From the NCBI GenBank assembly GCA_964612745.1, contig CAZTCH010000007.1:1327-65326 (forward strand): a stretch of DNA of 64,000 bases, given 5' to 3'. Positions 21,401 through 30,981 of this stretch are shown here, one piece after another (within the stretch, counting starts at the first letter, position 1; the number at the start of each line of letters is the position of its first letter). The translations under genes were made by a program, and so were the position numbers. Source of the DNA: an uncultured Candidatus Saccharibacteria bacterium. GTDB lineage: Bacteria; Patescibacteriota; Doudnabacteria; UBA920. The notes under the pieces were generated by a model, which was not told where the DNA came from, did no database searches, and saw nothing but the letters and a program-made list of their open reading frames with translations.

Positions 21401-24400
21401 ACCACTTCCTTTTGCGTCAATGGTTATGTTTTCGTTTGTTCCCGAAGATATGGCTGCAAGAGCAACTCCACCAGCGGCAGCGGCAGAAGTAATCTTAAGT
21501 CCAGTTGCAGCAGATGCAGTAACTGTGTCTACTTGCAGTGCATAGTTAGTACCTGCTTTGGCTACGGTTAAAGCAGTTGCAGAGCTCACTGTTGTAGTAG
21601 TGACACCGGTGTTGGTTATGCCAACCACAGCGGCAATCGCACCAGAAGAGTTTACTTGGAAGAGGTCGCCAGAACCTACGGTTAATGCAGATGCAGGGGA
21701 GTTATCACCAATACCCACATTGCCACCAGTTGTGATGCGTAAGTCAGAGGTAGTACCGCCACCAGAAAGGCTAAGTCCTCCTGTGGCTGCTGATATGGCA
21801 AATTCTGAGCTGGATTGAATTGCAATACCTGCTCCACCGGTTGGGAACAGAGTTGCACTTACGAGCCTAGGGGTAAGTGTTATTGCTTGTGAATGGGCGC
21901 CAGTTGCTTTTATACGAACTTGTCCATCTGACGTATTATCTACTGCAAAGATGCTGTCTCCAGAGTTATATACATCCAAAAGTGCTGTTGGTGCTGTTGT
22001 CCCAATGCCTACGTTTCCACCCGCAAAGATTGCAGCGTAGTTTGTGTCTGCTCCGGTAGGGGACTCCACATAGAGACCTGTGTTGGTAGAAGTACCATCT
22101 GTGTCATATGTACCGTTTGCAATGTATAAACCGTATCCATTTACAGTTCCACCAGCACCAACGTCCGCAGAAGGTTTTACATATGCTCCGTATACATTTG
22201 TAGTGCCACCGGTAGACTCTGCACCAGCTGTTGGTTGTAATCTTGCACCGTACACATTTCTTGTTCCAGAAGTGATAATACCAGTGGCGGTAGATGCAAT
22301 ATCAATTCCAACTGCTGTATCTGCAGTGGTAGAAGAAGTACTTATGTTTAAATACTGACCAATTCCAGTTTTAGCAGCGTTGCCACTGAGTGCGATATCG
22401 GAGTAGTTACCATAGACTGTGTTTGCGAGTGCGGTGGCGTCGGTAACAGTGTTGTATATGCTATACGCTGTATCTGCGTTTGTAGTATTAGCGTTGGCAA
22501 ATGAGTTGTAGAGCCCATATGCAGTGCCAGAAGCAGTAGAAGTAGTGGTTGTTCCGGTGAACTTTGCCAATGCTTTTCCGTTAGCGATTGTTGCATTTAC
22601 AACGTCTAACTTTGCGTCTGGGGAGGTGTTGTTGATACCGACATTACCACCTGAAGATATATCAAACAATACAGTTCCTGAGCTGTTTTGGGCTTGGAAA
22701 AGATCAGATGTTTGTGAACCATTACCTTTAGCAACCACAGGGATGACCCGGGCTGATCCTGATTCAAAGAAGCCGGCATAACCCACAGGTGCGCTCGCTG
22801 TGGTAGAAGCAGTGGAGTAAATTCCATAAGGGGTTCCACCGTTTGTTCCTGCGGTGTTTCTAGTTTGCGTTGCCGAGAATCTACCCGCGGTAATATCATA
22901 ATTGTCGAACCCGGAGCTTAAGGTTGCTGTGAGTCCTCTCATTGAGCTATTGGCGAATGTGGTTGAAGCGTCTGTGTTCGTAAAGCTTATTCCATTTGAT
23001 TGCCCACTGGTAAATGAGGCATTTATTAGATTTCCTACTCCTGCACCTTTGGTGATGCTAATAACGTCAGAATTTGTTCCGTGACTAATTGATATTGCAG
23101 GTTGTGCTGTTGTGGTTTCGGTAATTGCCAACTTACCTGTTGGTGATGTTGCACCAACCCCCACGTTGCCATTTTCAAATATCGCAGCGTAGTTGTTGGT
23201 GGCACCAGTTGCAGTTGCGTATAAACCAACATTCGTAGTAGCTGCACCAGTGTTGCTAAAGTATCCAGCGTAGTCAGTGCCAGATGTCGCTCCTGTTTGA
23301 GAAACATTCAATGTTTTGTTTGCGCTACCTGTTGCGGAAGAGGCTAAGGTGGCTATGTCTCCACTGTTTCCAGATATAGAAATGACATCATTTGAAGTTG
23401 TTGGCTGCAAAGTCGTGCCAGTTCTAGACCAGTAACCCAAAGCACCGCTCGTTGGAGCGGTAGAGGTAAGGTTTTTAGATCCGTCGGTGTACACAATTCC
23501 TGAAGCGCTTAACCCCGAGAAGTTAATTGTTCCAGAAGAAGTAATACCAGTTGCAGCAGCAATTGCACCAGAAGAGTTTACTTGGAAGAGGTCGCCAGAG
23601 CCTACGGTTAAAGCAGCAGCAGGGGAGGTGTCGCCAATGCCGAGCCCTGTTGCATTTACTGTAACCCTGTCAGAGTTACCTGTTCTTAAATAAATTGGTT
23701 GCCCTGAAGCAGCGTTTAGGATGGTTACCCCACCAGAGCTTTGGTTGAGTGCCGAGTTAGCTGCTGATTCTGCTAAAGTTCCGTTTTGGAATGAAATATA
23801 TGAATTATCCCATGTTGGTGGTCCAACAATTCCACGCACAGTCCCTGAACTGGTAAAGTTCATCGCTCCTTCTACTGTTAACGCTTTTGTTGGTGTGGCA
23901 ATACCAATACCAACGCTACCATTCATAAATGCGGCGGCGTATTCGGTGCCAGCGCCGGTGCCAGCATCTACGTAGAGGCCGTATGCAGTAGATGAGGCGT
24001 CGTTGTTGGCGATTGTAATGTGGTCGCCGTATACGGTGTGCGACTGGCCAGCATCTGTGTCTACTGTTACGGTTGTTTTATTGCCATATACAGTTAGTCC
24101 TGCTGCTGCGTCTTGTACGGTGCCGGTAAGTGCCATGCCTAGTACTGCGGTGTCCGTAATAGTGTTGCTCGTTACTTGAATTGTTCCTGCGGTTTGTGTG
24201 GAGCCGGAAGAACTAATAACTATTCCTTGTATGTCTGCGGTCGCAGAGTTAGAAATGGTGAGTGAATCCCCAGCAGTGTCTGGTGCGATTGTTGTTTTGC
24301 CGTCGCTGTCTACGTCGAAGTCTGCAAGGTCAATGTTGCCGTCGCCGTTTAAGCTGTTGGCCACAAAAGCAAATGGAGCGGCTACAAATTGCTTGCGAGG

Positions 24401-24823
24401 AGACATTTCTCCGTCGTAGCTTGTGCCAGTTGGAGCAAAGTTTACAGAGAGGTACAGGCTGCCGGTGGTAAAGTCTACTCCGGTCAGTGCGTTACATGAG
24501 CCTAGTTTTGCATTGAACACAGCATTGGTCACAACCAGCTTTGCGCAGTCGCCACTTGCTTGGTCAAAAGTTTCTGTCCAGAGCAGGGACCCACTGGTTA
24601 GTGCGTCGTATAGTTTAAATTCAAAAGCGTAGCTGCCATTTGCAACGTTGGTGCCATCACTCGTTTTCGTAAGTTTTCCTTGGAAGTTTACAATTTTAGG
24701 GATTGTAGCACTCGCTTGCTGTGGGTTTGCGGCAAAAGAACTGAACACAACACAAACCAAAGTAACGTACACGAGGGTACGTCTCAGGTTTTTTACCTTA
24801 GTTAAAAAGATATTTTGGTTCAC
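18461..24823 (-). CDS. Giant secreted Gly/Ser/Thr/Ala-rich fibre/adhesin-like protein (2120 aa)
   Basis: Signal peptide, N-terminal INFQGKLT..FKLYD..LLWTET domain, many GNVGIGTT-type repeats, ADYAEIY motif near the end. Confidence 0.8.
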   Translation of the reverse strand: MNQNIFLTKVKNLRRTLVYVTLVCVVFSSFAANPQQASATIPKIVNFQGKLTKTSDGTNVANGSYAFEFKLYDALTSGSLLWTETFDQASGDCAKLVVTNAVFNAKLGSCNALTGVDFTTGSLYLSVNFAPTGTSYDGEMSPRKQFVAAPFAFVANSLNGDGNIDLADFDVDSDGKTTIAPDTAGDSLTISNSATADIQGIVISSSGSTQTAGTIQVTSNTITDTAVLGMALTGTVQDAAAGLTVYGNKTTVTVDTDAGQSHTVYGDHITIANNDASSTAYGLYVDAGTGAGTEYAAAFMNGSVGIGIATPTKALTVEGAMNFTSSGTVRGIVGPPTWDNSYISFQNGTLAESAANSALNQSSGGVTILNAASGQPIYLRTGNSDRVTVNATGLGIGDTSPAAALTVGSGDLFQVNSSGAIAAATGITSSGTINFSGLSASGIVYTDGSKNLTSTAPTSGALGYWSRTGTTLQPTTSNDVISISGNSGDIATLASSATGSANKTLNVSQTGATSGTDYAGYFSNTGAATTNVGLYATATGATNNYAAIFENGNVGVGATSPTGKLAITETTTAQPAISISHGTNSDVISITKGAGVGNLINASFTSGQSNGISFTNTDASTTFANSSMRGLTATLSSGFDNYDITAGRFSATQTRNTAGTNGGTPYGIYSTASTTASAPVGYAGFFESGSARVIPVVAKGNGSQTSDLFQAQNSSGTVLFDISSGGNVGINNTSPDAKLDVVNATIANGKALAKFTGTTTTSTASGTAYGLYNSFANANTTNADTAYSIYNTVTDATALANTVYGNYSDIALSGNAAKTGIGQYLNISTSSTTADTAVGIDIASTATGIITSGTRNVYGARLQPTAGAESTGGTTNVYGAYVKPSADVGAGGTVNGYGLYIANGTYDTDGTSTNTGLYVESPTGADTNYAAIFAGGNVGIGTTAPTALLDVYNSGDSIFAVDNTSDGQVRIKATGAHSQAITLTPRLVSATLFPTGGAGIAIQSSSEFAISAATGGLSLSGGGTTSDLRITTGGNVGIGDNSPASALTVGSGDLFQVNSSGAIAAVVGITNTGVTTTTVSSATALTVAKAGTNYALQVDTVTASAATGLKITSAAAAGGVALAAISSGTNENITIDAKGSGTVSIGASSTGDVLLGGGSGSTGCTVTNSTGAFACTAGGSFTTLGLTGAVTGATSYNGLVITANTGVITSGTWNGTALTDAYVSDTLTASLFTGSGSTTTAVDLGTAEVAGTLAVGNGGTGATSLTDLITLGTHTTGNYVTSITNGSGISGGNGGSEGAALTLALGALSADWSQTGAFDITLNNAASELKILESAGGAFYGIFDVTDLSADRTMTVPDASGTLITTGNLSSITTVGTISSGTWNGTAISSTYGGTGINTSGSTGVPYITGGTWSVDATALAANHGGTGQSSYTTGDILYASSSSALSKLAGVATGSVLVSGGVGVAPAWSTAITVTTSVTSATINATSALQLGGASINTAGTLSNVAYKNAANTFTANNIFQPTVTNGTGASAGVQIAANSLTSGNGVDISSTSLSTGNLTAISSSSTAGGISGSSTLLNLARTGANGSTGHTAYGLYSTVTNTNVTSGTNVAAYLSASGATTANYGLLVAAGNVGIGTTTPPAKLTIEDGGSDSSNYGAIQIVKAATGHTGSHISFIRAASSVVGLGYKQTSNIFGFGAGTTGAFDPTYLAIDTTTGNITVGSSAAATAGLDLVSTVTTGTAQKITTSSLTTGAGLNIVGPTSTGITGTGILRVTSDVGASGTGGYLAGFNPDYSSGTAASSYGIVISGTDSTNVANSNNNFYSGITLSGNAAKNAYAGYFTVSSSSTTADTTTAGLFNSSITGAISTGTRQVWGIYSGPSTSGANTGGTTQVFGGYFAPSSTGSTTGSTVNVYGNYIANAATLTTGGTINSYGIYIANGSMNTTGTSTQYGLYVDTQSGADTNYGAYIGGFVGIGTSAPVSQLHVVANTASNTSGLRLDSNSSNGTNLQLYNNNSTGVSKFIRVMSDSSLQVINSAYSAALLTLTDGGNMGIGMSPTYKLDVSGDIRTSGTFRGTCNVDPAFSDFDCADYAEIYDSVAPVAAGEVLAVSSVGGESRKI

Positions 24824-24937
24824 GTTGTGTTTTTCTTTTTTTAAACCGAGTAGCGCTATTTTTGCACTTCCTAGTTTTTCCGCTTATTTTTGGCGGTATT
24901 GTCTATTTTTGGACAATATAAAAGCCGCTTAACAGTA

Positions 24938-25138
24938 TTAAGCCGCTGTAATTTGGGTTTCTGTCTGGAAAAGGCTTACTAAGCTTTGCTTGGTAAAACG
25001 ACGATCCCGTCTTGAACCGATACGAATAGCTTCTAGTTTACCCATACGCTCCCAATTTCGGAGAGTGTTGGCGTGAACATGAAGGATCTGACAAGCCTCT
25101 TTGAGGGTTAGAAGCTCAGGAATCTGATTCTCTTGCAT
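24938..25138 (-). CDS. Excisionase/MerR-like helix-turn-helix DNA-binding protein
   Basis: ELLTLKEACQILHVHANTLRNWERMGKLEAIRIGSRRDRRF. Confidence 0.88.
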   Translation of the reverse strand: MQENQIPELLTLKEACQILHVHANTLRNWERMGKLEAIRIGSRRDRRFTKQSLVSLFQTETQITAA

Positions 25139-25488
25139 TGTGTTTTTGTTTTTTACCACAGATGCACAGATTTCTCAGATTACACAGATATTCCTACTAC
25201 TTTTTGGTAGTAAGTTGCATCCGTAGTATCTGTAAATTGGTGTACCGGTGGCTTATTTAATTTTGTTTTAGTTTTGGTTTCTTTTGTAAAGATGTTGTTG
25301 GGTTACAAATTTTGGTAACACAACTTAACAAAACCTGTATTTATAGTACCATAAGTTATAAACAGGGTCAAAGGTTTTTAAATAGATAGAATGTAGCTCA
25401 GAGATTGTTGTGTGTATCCAATTTCCTTTGCACTTAAGCGATTATTATGGTTTACTTGTTTTGGCCGGTGTACAGCTTGTGCGTTCGT

Positions 25489-25529
25489 TGTGGATAACTA
25501 TTCCGGAAAAGTGGATAACTTGTGAGTAT
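25489..25529. promoter_or_regulatory. DnaA-box cluster upstream of the HTH/giant-protein unit
   Basis: Perfect TGTGGATAA 25489-25497, AGTGGATAA 25510-25518, weaker TGTGAGTAT 25521. Confidence 0.65.
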
Positions 25530-25603
25530 TTTTTGCCAGCTCTGTTCATAGAAACTAAAAAAACCACCGGTTGGTGGTTTTTGGTTGGTCCTGTACCTTT
25601 TTG

Positions 25604-26608
25604 TTAACTGTTTTTTCGTTTTACCGTTTTCTTTATCAGAACATATACTACGATAAAAATAAAGGTACTTAATATGAGGAGGAAGCCTAGTACTAAACTG
25701 AGGAGCTCCCATGGTATAACCCAGAAGCTAGCGGTAGCTTTTGTCTGTTTTTGGGTGGAGTCGCCGTAAGTAAGCGTTAAGTTGGCGGTGTAGCGCCCAA
25801 GTGCAAAGTTGTTAAACTCATGTTTTACTGCGTTCCAAAACCCTTTGGGTGTATTTTCTGGCCTTTGTGCGTCTTTTGCTTGCACTTCTCCTTTTGTGTT
25901 GAGCCAAGAAGCTTCAAACCGGCGGATGGAGCGGGGGAGTACGTTGCTCCCGTCTGGGTTTGCGGTTACTATTTGGCTTGTTCCGCCGAACATGTTGTGT
26001 ATAACAATATCTCCGAGTGGTTTTACCCACGAAGCGCCTTCGTTTTGGAATCTGTAAAAGAAATCCACGGGTAAAGCACGGAAAAAGCGAGCATCTTTTG
26101 TTTTAAACTCCAGAATATCTGCACCTTCAAGGAAATTTCCATTTACTTGGGTAAGTAACAGGGTTCCTACTTGCGCTTCTACTGCGACATCACCAGCATT
26201 TTCTGGGGTTTCGCCTACGGTGCTAGCTAGTGCAGCAGCAAAGTAGCCTCCTGGTTCTGCATTTGCTGGTATGGTCACTGTGAACCCCACCTTTTTTCGC
26301 TCTAGAGGGCCAAACGACAACATGTCTTGGTCTAAAGTTATCCATTGGCTCAAGCCTTTTTTTTCTAAAACAAACTTTGGTTGGCCGCTTTCGTCCTTGC
26401 TTTCGAAATCTGCAATAGAAATTTGGTAGACTCTGGGTTTTCGCGCGTCGTTGTACAGTTCAAATTCACCAGAGATAGTTTGTCCTGGGTTTGCTGCAAG
26501 TTCTAGCCTAATTGGGGAAGCGGTTAACGCTGCTGCTGTCTGGGGAAGGCTAGTGACAAGGAGGATAAGGGTGGTTAGGCCCAGTATTGTTTTGTTTACG
26601 TTCCGCAT
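25604..26608 (-). CDS. DUF916/WxL-interacting (PapD-like) membrane-anchored protein, paralog 1
   Basis: Signal peptide, SPIRLELAANPGQ, TIPANAEPGGYFAA, FQNEG..VKPLG, GRYTANLTLTYG, C-terminal TM and basic tail. Confidence 0.7.
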   Translation of the reverse strand: MRNVNKTILGLTTLILLVTSLPQTAAALTASPIRLELAANPGQTISGEFELYNDARKPRVYQISIADFESKDESGQPKFVLEKKGLSQWITLDQDMLSFGPLERKKVGFTVTIPANAEPGGYFAAALASTVGETPENAGDVAVEAQVGTLLLTQVNGNFLEGADILEFKTKDARFFRALPVDFFYRFQNEGASWVKPLGDIVIHNMFGGTSQIVTANPDGSNVLPRSIRRFEASWLNTKGEVQAKDAQRPENTPKGFWNAVKHEFNNFALGRYTANLTLTYGDSTQKQTKATASFWVIPWELLSLVLGFLLILSTFIFIVVYVLIKKTVKRKNS

Positions 26609-26609
26609 G

Positions 26610-27530
26610 TTATCGAAGTTCTTGTGAAATTATCCATCTGTTGTACTTCTTTGTACCACTATATAACATAATACCAATAAATATCCCCAAAAGGCTAATT
26701 TTTGCCAAATCTAGTATGGGCCAGACCCAAATAGTGGCTTTTTGCCTTGTTTCCAAGGTGGGATTGTTCGAATAGTAAAGTATGGTTTCCACCGTGTACA
26801 TACCGGCGAGCCATTTTTGTGCCTTGGTGGTAAATGTTTTTTCTTCTGTGGGTAGCAGATGCAATGCGTTTTGGTTAATAGGTAGAGACTCGACTAGTCT
26901 TCCAAATACGTTGTAAATGTTTTGTTTTCCTTTTGGTGTGAGGTGCACGTTTCCAGTGTTTTTGAGTAATACAGACGAAGTGTAAGGTTTGTTAACGAAA
27001 TGGGTATCGTTTTTTGAAGTGGTATTGAGCTGGGGTTTGCTGGCTCCGTAGTCTACAAGCAGCAATGTACCTAATTTCCTTGAGACAACGATCGCATTTT
27101 CCTTTGCATCTTCAAAAGAAAAAAGGATGGCTGCGTAGTGTCCACCAGCTGTCGCGTCTGCCGGTGGGGATATTTCAAATTTTACTGTTGTGCTCCCTTT
27201 GGCGGGAATAATAAATTCTGGCTGCTGGGTAATTTTTACCCAAGAGCTCATGGAGTAGCTGTTGTTTATTTGCTCATTTGTTGCAAGAAATCGTGGTTCT
27301 CCAGCTGGGCCGACTGGGATAAAGTCTTGGATGGCATAACTAAGTGTGTGGTCAGTCGTGTCAGTGTTGAACACGGTAATGGTTTTGGTAATGCTTTGCC
27401 CCGGTTCTACTACCGCGTCAATTAAGAATGGTGAAATAGACAAACTTCCTTCGGAAAGTTGCTCTGCGGCGGACACTGTTCCCATAGAAGCAACAAAAAG
27501 TGCAAAAACGAGAGTAATTAGTTTTTTCAT
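26610..27530 (-). CDS. DUF916/WxL-interacting (PapD-like) membrane-anchored protein, paralog 2
   Basis: ISPFLIDAVVEPGQ, PPADATAGGHYAAILF, KNTGNVHLTPKG, C-terminal TM. Confidence 0.7.
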   Translation of the reverse strand: MKKLITLVFALFVASMGTVSAAEQLSEGSLSISPFLIDAVVEPGQSITKTITVFNTDTTDHTLSYAIQDFIPVGPAGEPRFLATNEQINNSYSMSSWVKITQQPEFIIPAKGSTTVKFEISPPADATAGGHYAAILFSFEDAKENAIVVSRKLGTLLLVDYGASKPQLNTTSKNDTHFVNKPYTSSVLLKNTGNVHLTPKGKQNIYNVFGRLVESLPINQNALHLLPTEEKTFTTKAQKWLAGMYTVETILYYSNNPTLETRQKATIWVWPILDLAKISLLGIFIGIMLYSGTKKYNRWIISQELR

Positions 27531-27568
27531 GGTTTAGGTACTATTGTCCGATTACGAGGCTGCCGGGG

Positions 27569-28672
27569 TTAGTATTGAGCAGTGGTAATATACGTAACTG
27601 TGTTGGTGTACTGGCCTGCGGCTTGCCCAGTGCCAATTTCTAGCTTGTAGCTGACAGTTGTTTCTTCGCTTGTTGCAGGTCCAGTGGAGCAGGCAACTTC
27701 GTAGTTTCCGGTGTCCAGCGCTGCCCATGTGTTGTTTGTAGAAAAACGGCTTGTTGTGCCGGTGCAGAGTGACTCATCGCTACTATGGTAGCCAAAGGCC
27801 CCAGTGGTAATACTCCCAGGCCAAGTTGCTGGCGTGCTGTTGGTGCCGCTGACTGGGCTAATAGTTTCGCTGCCGCCGTCTCTGGTGAGTGCTTGGTTCT
27901 GCCGAATGGTAGTGGTGTATCCCGCCGAGGCGTTTGTGGTGACGGTAATTTTATGAGCAGCAATTGCTGGGACGTTGACCCCTAATTGACCATAGGCGAT
28001 AGCATTTGCTGTGGTGGTAATAGTAGTGGTTTCGCCGTCGAACAAGGTGCCAGATCCAATCCCAGAAAAGGTAATACTCAGGCTTGCTCCTACCGTTGCA
28101 GCGGTGGCTGTGTTGGAGAACCCAGTTTCGGTGTTGGTGCCATACCGTGCTTTCACTTTTATTTTATACGTAGTACTGGCGGTAAGGCCAGTAACTCGCC
28201 CACCACTGCCACCACCCCATGCGGTGTAGCTTTGCCAAGCTGCTGTTGTTCCTACCGTGTTATCTACTTGAATATAGTTTGTTGTGACAAAATCGTCGCT
28301 AGAAATTGCAATGGCGTAATTTGTATCTGTTTGTTGGCCGTCGCCTGTGGTAATAACGTAGTCCAGTGCGTTGTATAGGCTACCACCAGTATTTGTGAGT
28401 GTAGGTGTAGCAGGGACACCTGGGAAAGCATGCTGGAAAAAGCCTGGGAATATGGAATAGTTTCCTGAGGCTGTACTGCTGTCGTTAGAGTCGCCAATAC
28501 CATCTCTGCTGGCGTAATTGGTAGAGCTAGAAGCACCACCACCGCTGTCTAGGCTTGGGTTTTCTATTTGGTAATTGCTGCCACTCAATGTTTCTGCCTG
28601 TGCTATTGGGGCAAACACAAGACTGCACAAGGCACAGAGCCATACGAGTTGTTTTACAATCTGTAGCTGCAT
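27569..28672 (-). CDS. Secreted FN3-containing protein with WxL/pilin-like C-terminal domain
   Basis: VTGLTASTTYKIKVKA (FN3); VTTNASAGY; C-terminus AAGQYTNTVTYITTAQY. Confidence 0.65.
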   Translation of the reverse strand: MQLQIVKQLVWLCALCSLVFAPIAQAETLSGSNYQIENPSLDSGGGASSSTNYASRDGIGDSNDSSTASGNYSIFPGFFQHAFPGVPATPTLTNTGGSLYNALDYVITTGDGQQTDTNYAIAISSDDFVTTNYIQVDNTVGTTAAWQSYTAWGGGSGGRVTGLTASTTYKIKVKARYGTNTETGFSNTATAATVGASLSITFSGIGSGTLFDGETTTITTTANAIAYGQLGVNVPAIAAHKITVTTNASAGYTTTIRQNQALTRDGGSETISPVSGTNSTPATWPGSITTGAFGYHSSDESLCTGTTSRFSTNNTWAALDTGNYEVACSTGPATSEETTVSYKLEIGTGQAAGQYTNTVTYITTAQY

Positions 28673-28702
28673 ATACAGTAAGTTTACCACGGGCTTGTTT
28701 GC

Positions 28703-29731
28703 TTATCCGATCTCTCGCCTTCTTTTTTCCCTGGCAATAATATATTTATTGTATTGCTTGAGAGCGAGCCGGAGAATGAGCAGTGCCACAATCCCAGATG
28801 GGATAACAACTGCCAGTAATTCCCAAGGGATAATCCAAAACGAGGTTGTTATTTGGGCACGATTTTGGTTTTGTGATCCGTATGTCAGTGTTAGTCTTGC
28901 TTTGTACCATCCAATAGGCGCATATGTTGCTTGATGTTGTACTTTGGCGAAAAAGGTATTTGGTGCTGACGGCGGTGGTTGGTTTTGTGGGTTCTCTGTG
29001 TCGCCACTCTTGGTGAGCCATGAGGCAGTATACTTGCGAATTGACTTTGGTAATACATTGCCACCAGTCGGGTTCGCTGGGATGATCTTCTTTGTTTTAC
29101 CCCACGCATTCTCTATTACAACATCACCGAGTGGTTTGGCCCAATCTTCGCCATTGTTTTGAAAACGGTAGAAAAAGTCCACTGGTAGGGTGGAAAAAAA
29201 CTTTCGGTTTTGCGCAGTGGAAAATTCTAAAATATCAGCGCCTTCTGTAAAGTCACCAGAGACCCTAAGGAGTACGAGCATGCCAATTTGGCTGCCAATC
29301 GCAACACCGTCTGCTTCGGCTGCTATCTGCGGTGGTTCGTTTCTGAGTAGGATGGCGGCAAAATGCCCCCCAGCATCGGCGTCTGTTGGTACGGAAAGCA
29401 GCACGGTGATTTTTTGTCGTTCACTTGGGCCAAGGGTTATGTCGCTTGGGCCAGAAAACCACTGCGAAATGCCTTCTTTTTGCCGGCTTAAGACAGGGTT
29501 ACCGCTCTCATCTTTGGCATTAAAAGTTTGGTAGTCCAAGTAATAGACTTTTGACTCTTTTTGGTCGTTGTAGGCATCAAAGGTGATTGTGAGAATGCTT
29601 CCGGCAGAAGCAGTGAGCTCTGTTTTAACGGGGGAGACTGTTATGGCTTGTGTTGGGGTGGTATTTGCCCAAAATGCTAAAAGTATCCCACAAACGAGTA
29701 GTGAGTATATGTGTTTTGGTTGTGTGAACAA
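28703..29731 (-). CDS. DUF916/WxL-interacting (PapD-like) membrane-anchored protein, paralog 3
   Basis: Close paralog of 25604-26608 (shared EGADILEF, LPVDFFYRFQN, FWxIPWELL). Confidence 0.7.
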   Translation of the reverse strand: MFTQPKHIYSLLVCGILLAFWANTTPTQAITVSPVKTELTASAGSILTITFDAYNDQKESKVYYLDYQTFNAKDESGNPVLSRQKEGISQWFSGPSDITLGPSERQKITVLLSVPTDADAGGHFAAILLRNEPPQIAAEADGVAIGSQIGMLVLLRVSGDFTEGADILEFSTAQNRKFFSTLPVDFFYRFQNNGEDWAKPLGDVVIENAWGKTKKIIPANPTGGNVLPKSIRKYTASWLTKSGDTENPQNQPPPSAPNTFFAKVQHQATYAPIGWYKARLTLTYGSQNQNRAQITTSFWIIPWELLAVVIPSGIVALLILRLALKQYNKYIIAREKRRREIG

Positions 29732-29820
29732 AGCGTTTTTGTAGGGTTACTTCGAAAATAATTATACACCATTCAGAGGTGAATGGTGTATAGATTGGTT
29801 GTAAAACAGTTTTTGTGAGT

Positions 29821-30924
29821 TTAGAAATTCCCTGTTGCGATGTACGTCAAGGTGGTAGAATAGCTACCTGCTTCAGTGAGTGTGGAAATGTTAGCTAGAT
29901 AGGAAACGCTTAAAGTTTCTGTTGCAGTCGGTACTGTTTCAGAGACAATAGTGGTTGCGGTGCTGGCAACAAAGTTCCAGCTACTGTTTGTCCCACGTGC
30001 GTACCCAGAAGCTACAGTTGCGTCGCCACTCGCGCTGACCGACAATGCAAATTGTTCGCTACCTGTTGTACCGTCACTATCGGTGGTAATGCTTGCTGCG
30101 GTAATAGTGTTGCCTCCACTGGTGAGTGTAGCACCGAAATACGTTACACTGTACCCGCTCTGAGCGTTTGTACCAACTGTTAAGGTGTGTGCTGCTGTCG
30201 GGGTGTTGCCAGCTGTGGCGTTGCCACCAACGGCGTCTCCTGTAGCCCAGCGACCAGTGCTAGAAGACAGAGTGCCAAACCCAATAGTGTTGTCGTCTAC
30301 AGTAAATGTGATAGATGGAGCGACTGTAGCGCTAATACTGACTTGGTCGTCGGTAATAATGTCATATGAAAGAGTGCCGCTGTCACCAAATGTACCACCC
30401 ACAGTTAAGGTGTCGTCATCATCTGCTGCGCCATTGCTAATTTGGTTGGTTCCAGCAACACCTGTGCTGGCGTGTGTACCAATTTTAATGCGTACACAAC
30501 GGCTTGCGGTTACTGTACCAGTTCCAGAAGTAATGGTGACTACTTGGCCAGATGCTCCAATGCCCCACGTTGCCCCACTGGGGGAGCCAGCGAGTGTTTG
30601 TTCTGTGTACGATGCAGTTGTACATGTGGCGCTATCGCCTGTAGCAAAGTCAACATCCCCGAACACTATACTGCTTACCCCAGTAAAATCAGCAGAAAAT
30701 GTTAGGGTTATGTCTTGCCCAGCAGTAACACCTGTAGGGGTAACAAAAAATATTGTGTGGTTTGCCGCAGTGCTCGCTTTTAATCTGCTGAGAGTGTCGG
30801 AGAATGAAGTTATTGCAGCAGCTTGTGCTACTTGGATGTTTGGTAGTAATAAGGCAAGAGAGACTATAACAACCAGAATGTGTTTTAGTCTTTTTTTGAG
30901 TGCGGTTGGGATAACGTTTCGCAT
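29821..30924 (-). CDS. Secreted WxL/pilin-like subunit
   Basis: Signal peptide AQA-A; VGTNAQSGY; C-terminus EAGSYSTTLTYIATGNF. Confidence 0.65.
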   Translation of the reverse strand: MRNVIPTALKKRLKHILVVIVSLALLLPNIQVAQAAAITSFSDTLSRLKASTAANHTIFFVTPTGVTAGQDITLTFSADFTGVSSIVFGDVDFATGDSATCTTASYTEQTLAGSPSGATWGIGASGQVVTITSGTGTVTASRCVRIKIGTHASTGVAGTNQISNGAADDDDTLTVGGTFGDSGTLSYDIITDDQVSISATVAPSITFTVDDNTIGFGTLSSSTGRWATGDAVGGNATAGNTPTAAHTLTVGTNAQSGYSVTYFGATLTSGGNTITAASITTDSDGTTGSEQFALSVSASGDATVASGYARGTNSSWNFVASTATTIVSETVPTATETLSVSYLANISTLTEAGSYSTTLTYIATGNF

Positions 30925-30981
30925 TACGGTAAGTTTACTTTTTGTTTCAATGGCTGAACTATCTCTTTACAATTTAGTATA

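Noticed and set aside
21639-23611. Diversity-generating retroelement TR/VR pair
   Set aside because: The repeat is only 47 bp with one mismatch, internal to one gene, and there is no reverse transcriptase in the window.
17248-25138. Prophage remnant (tail fibre plus excisionase)
   Set aside because: The giant protein has a signal peptide; no integrase, terminase, capsid or att pair was seen.
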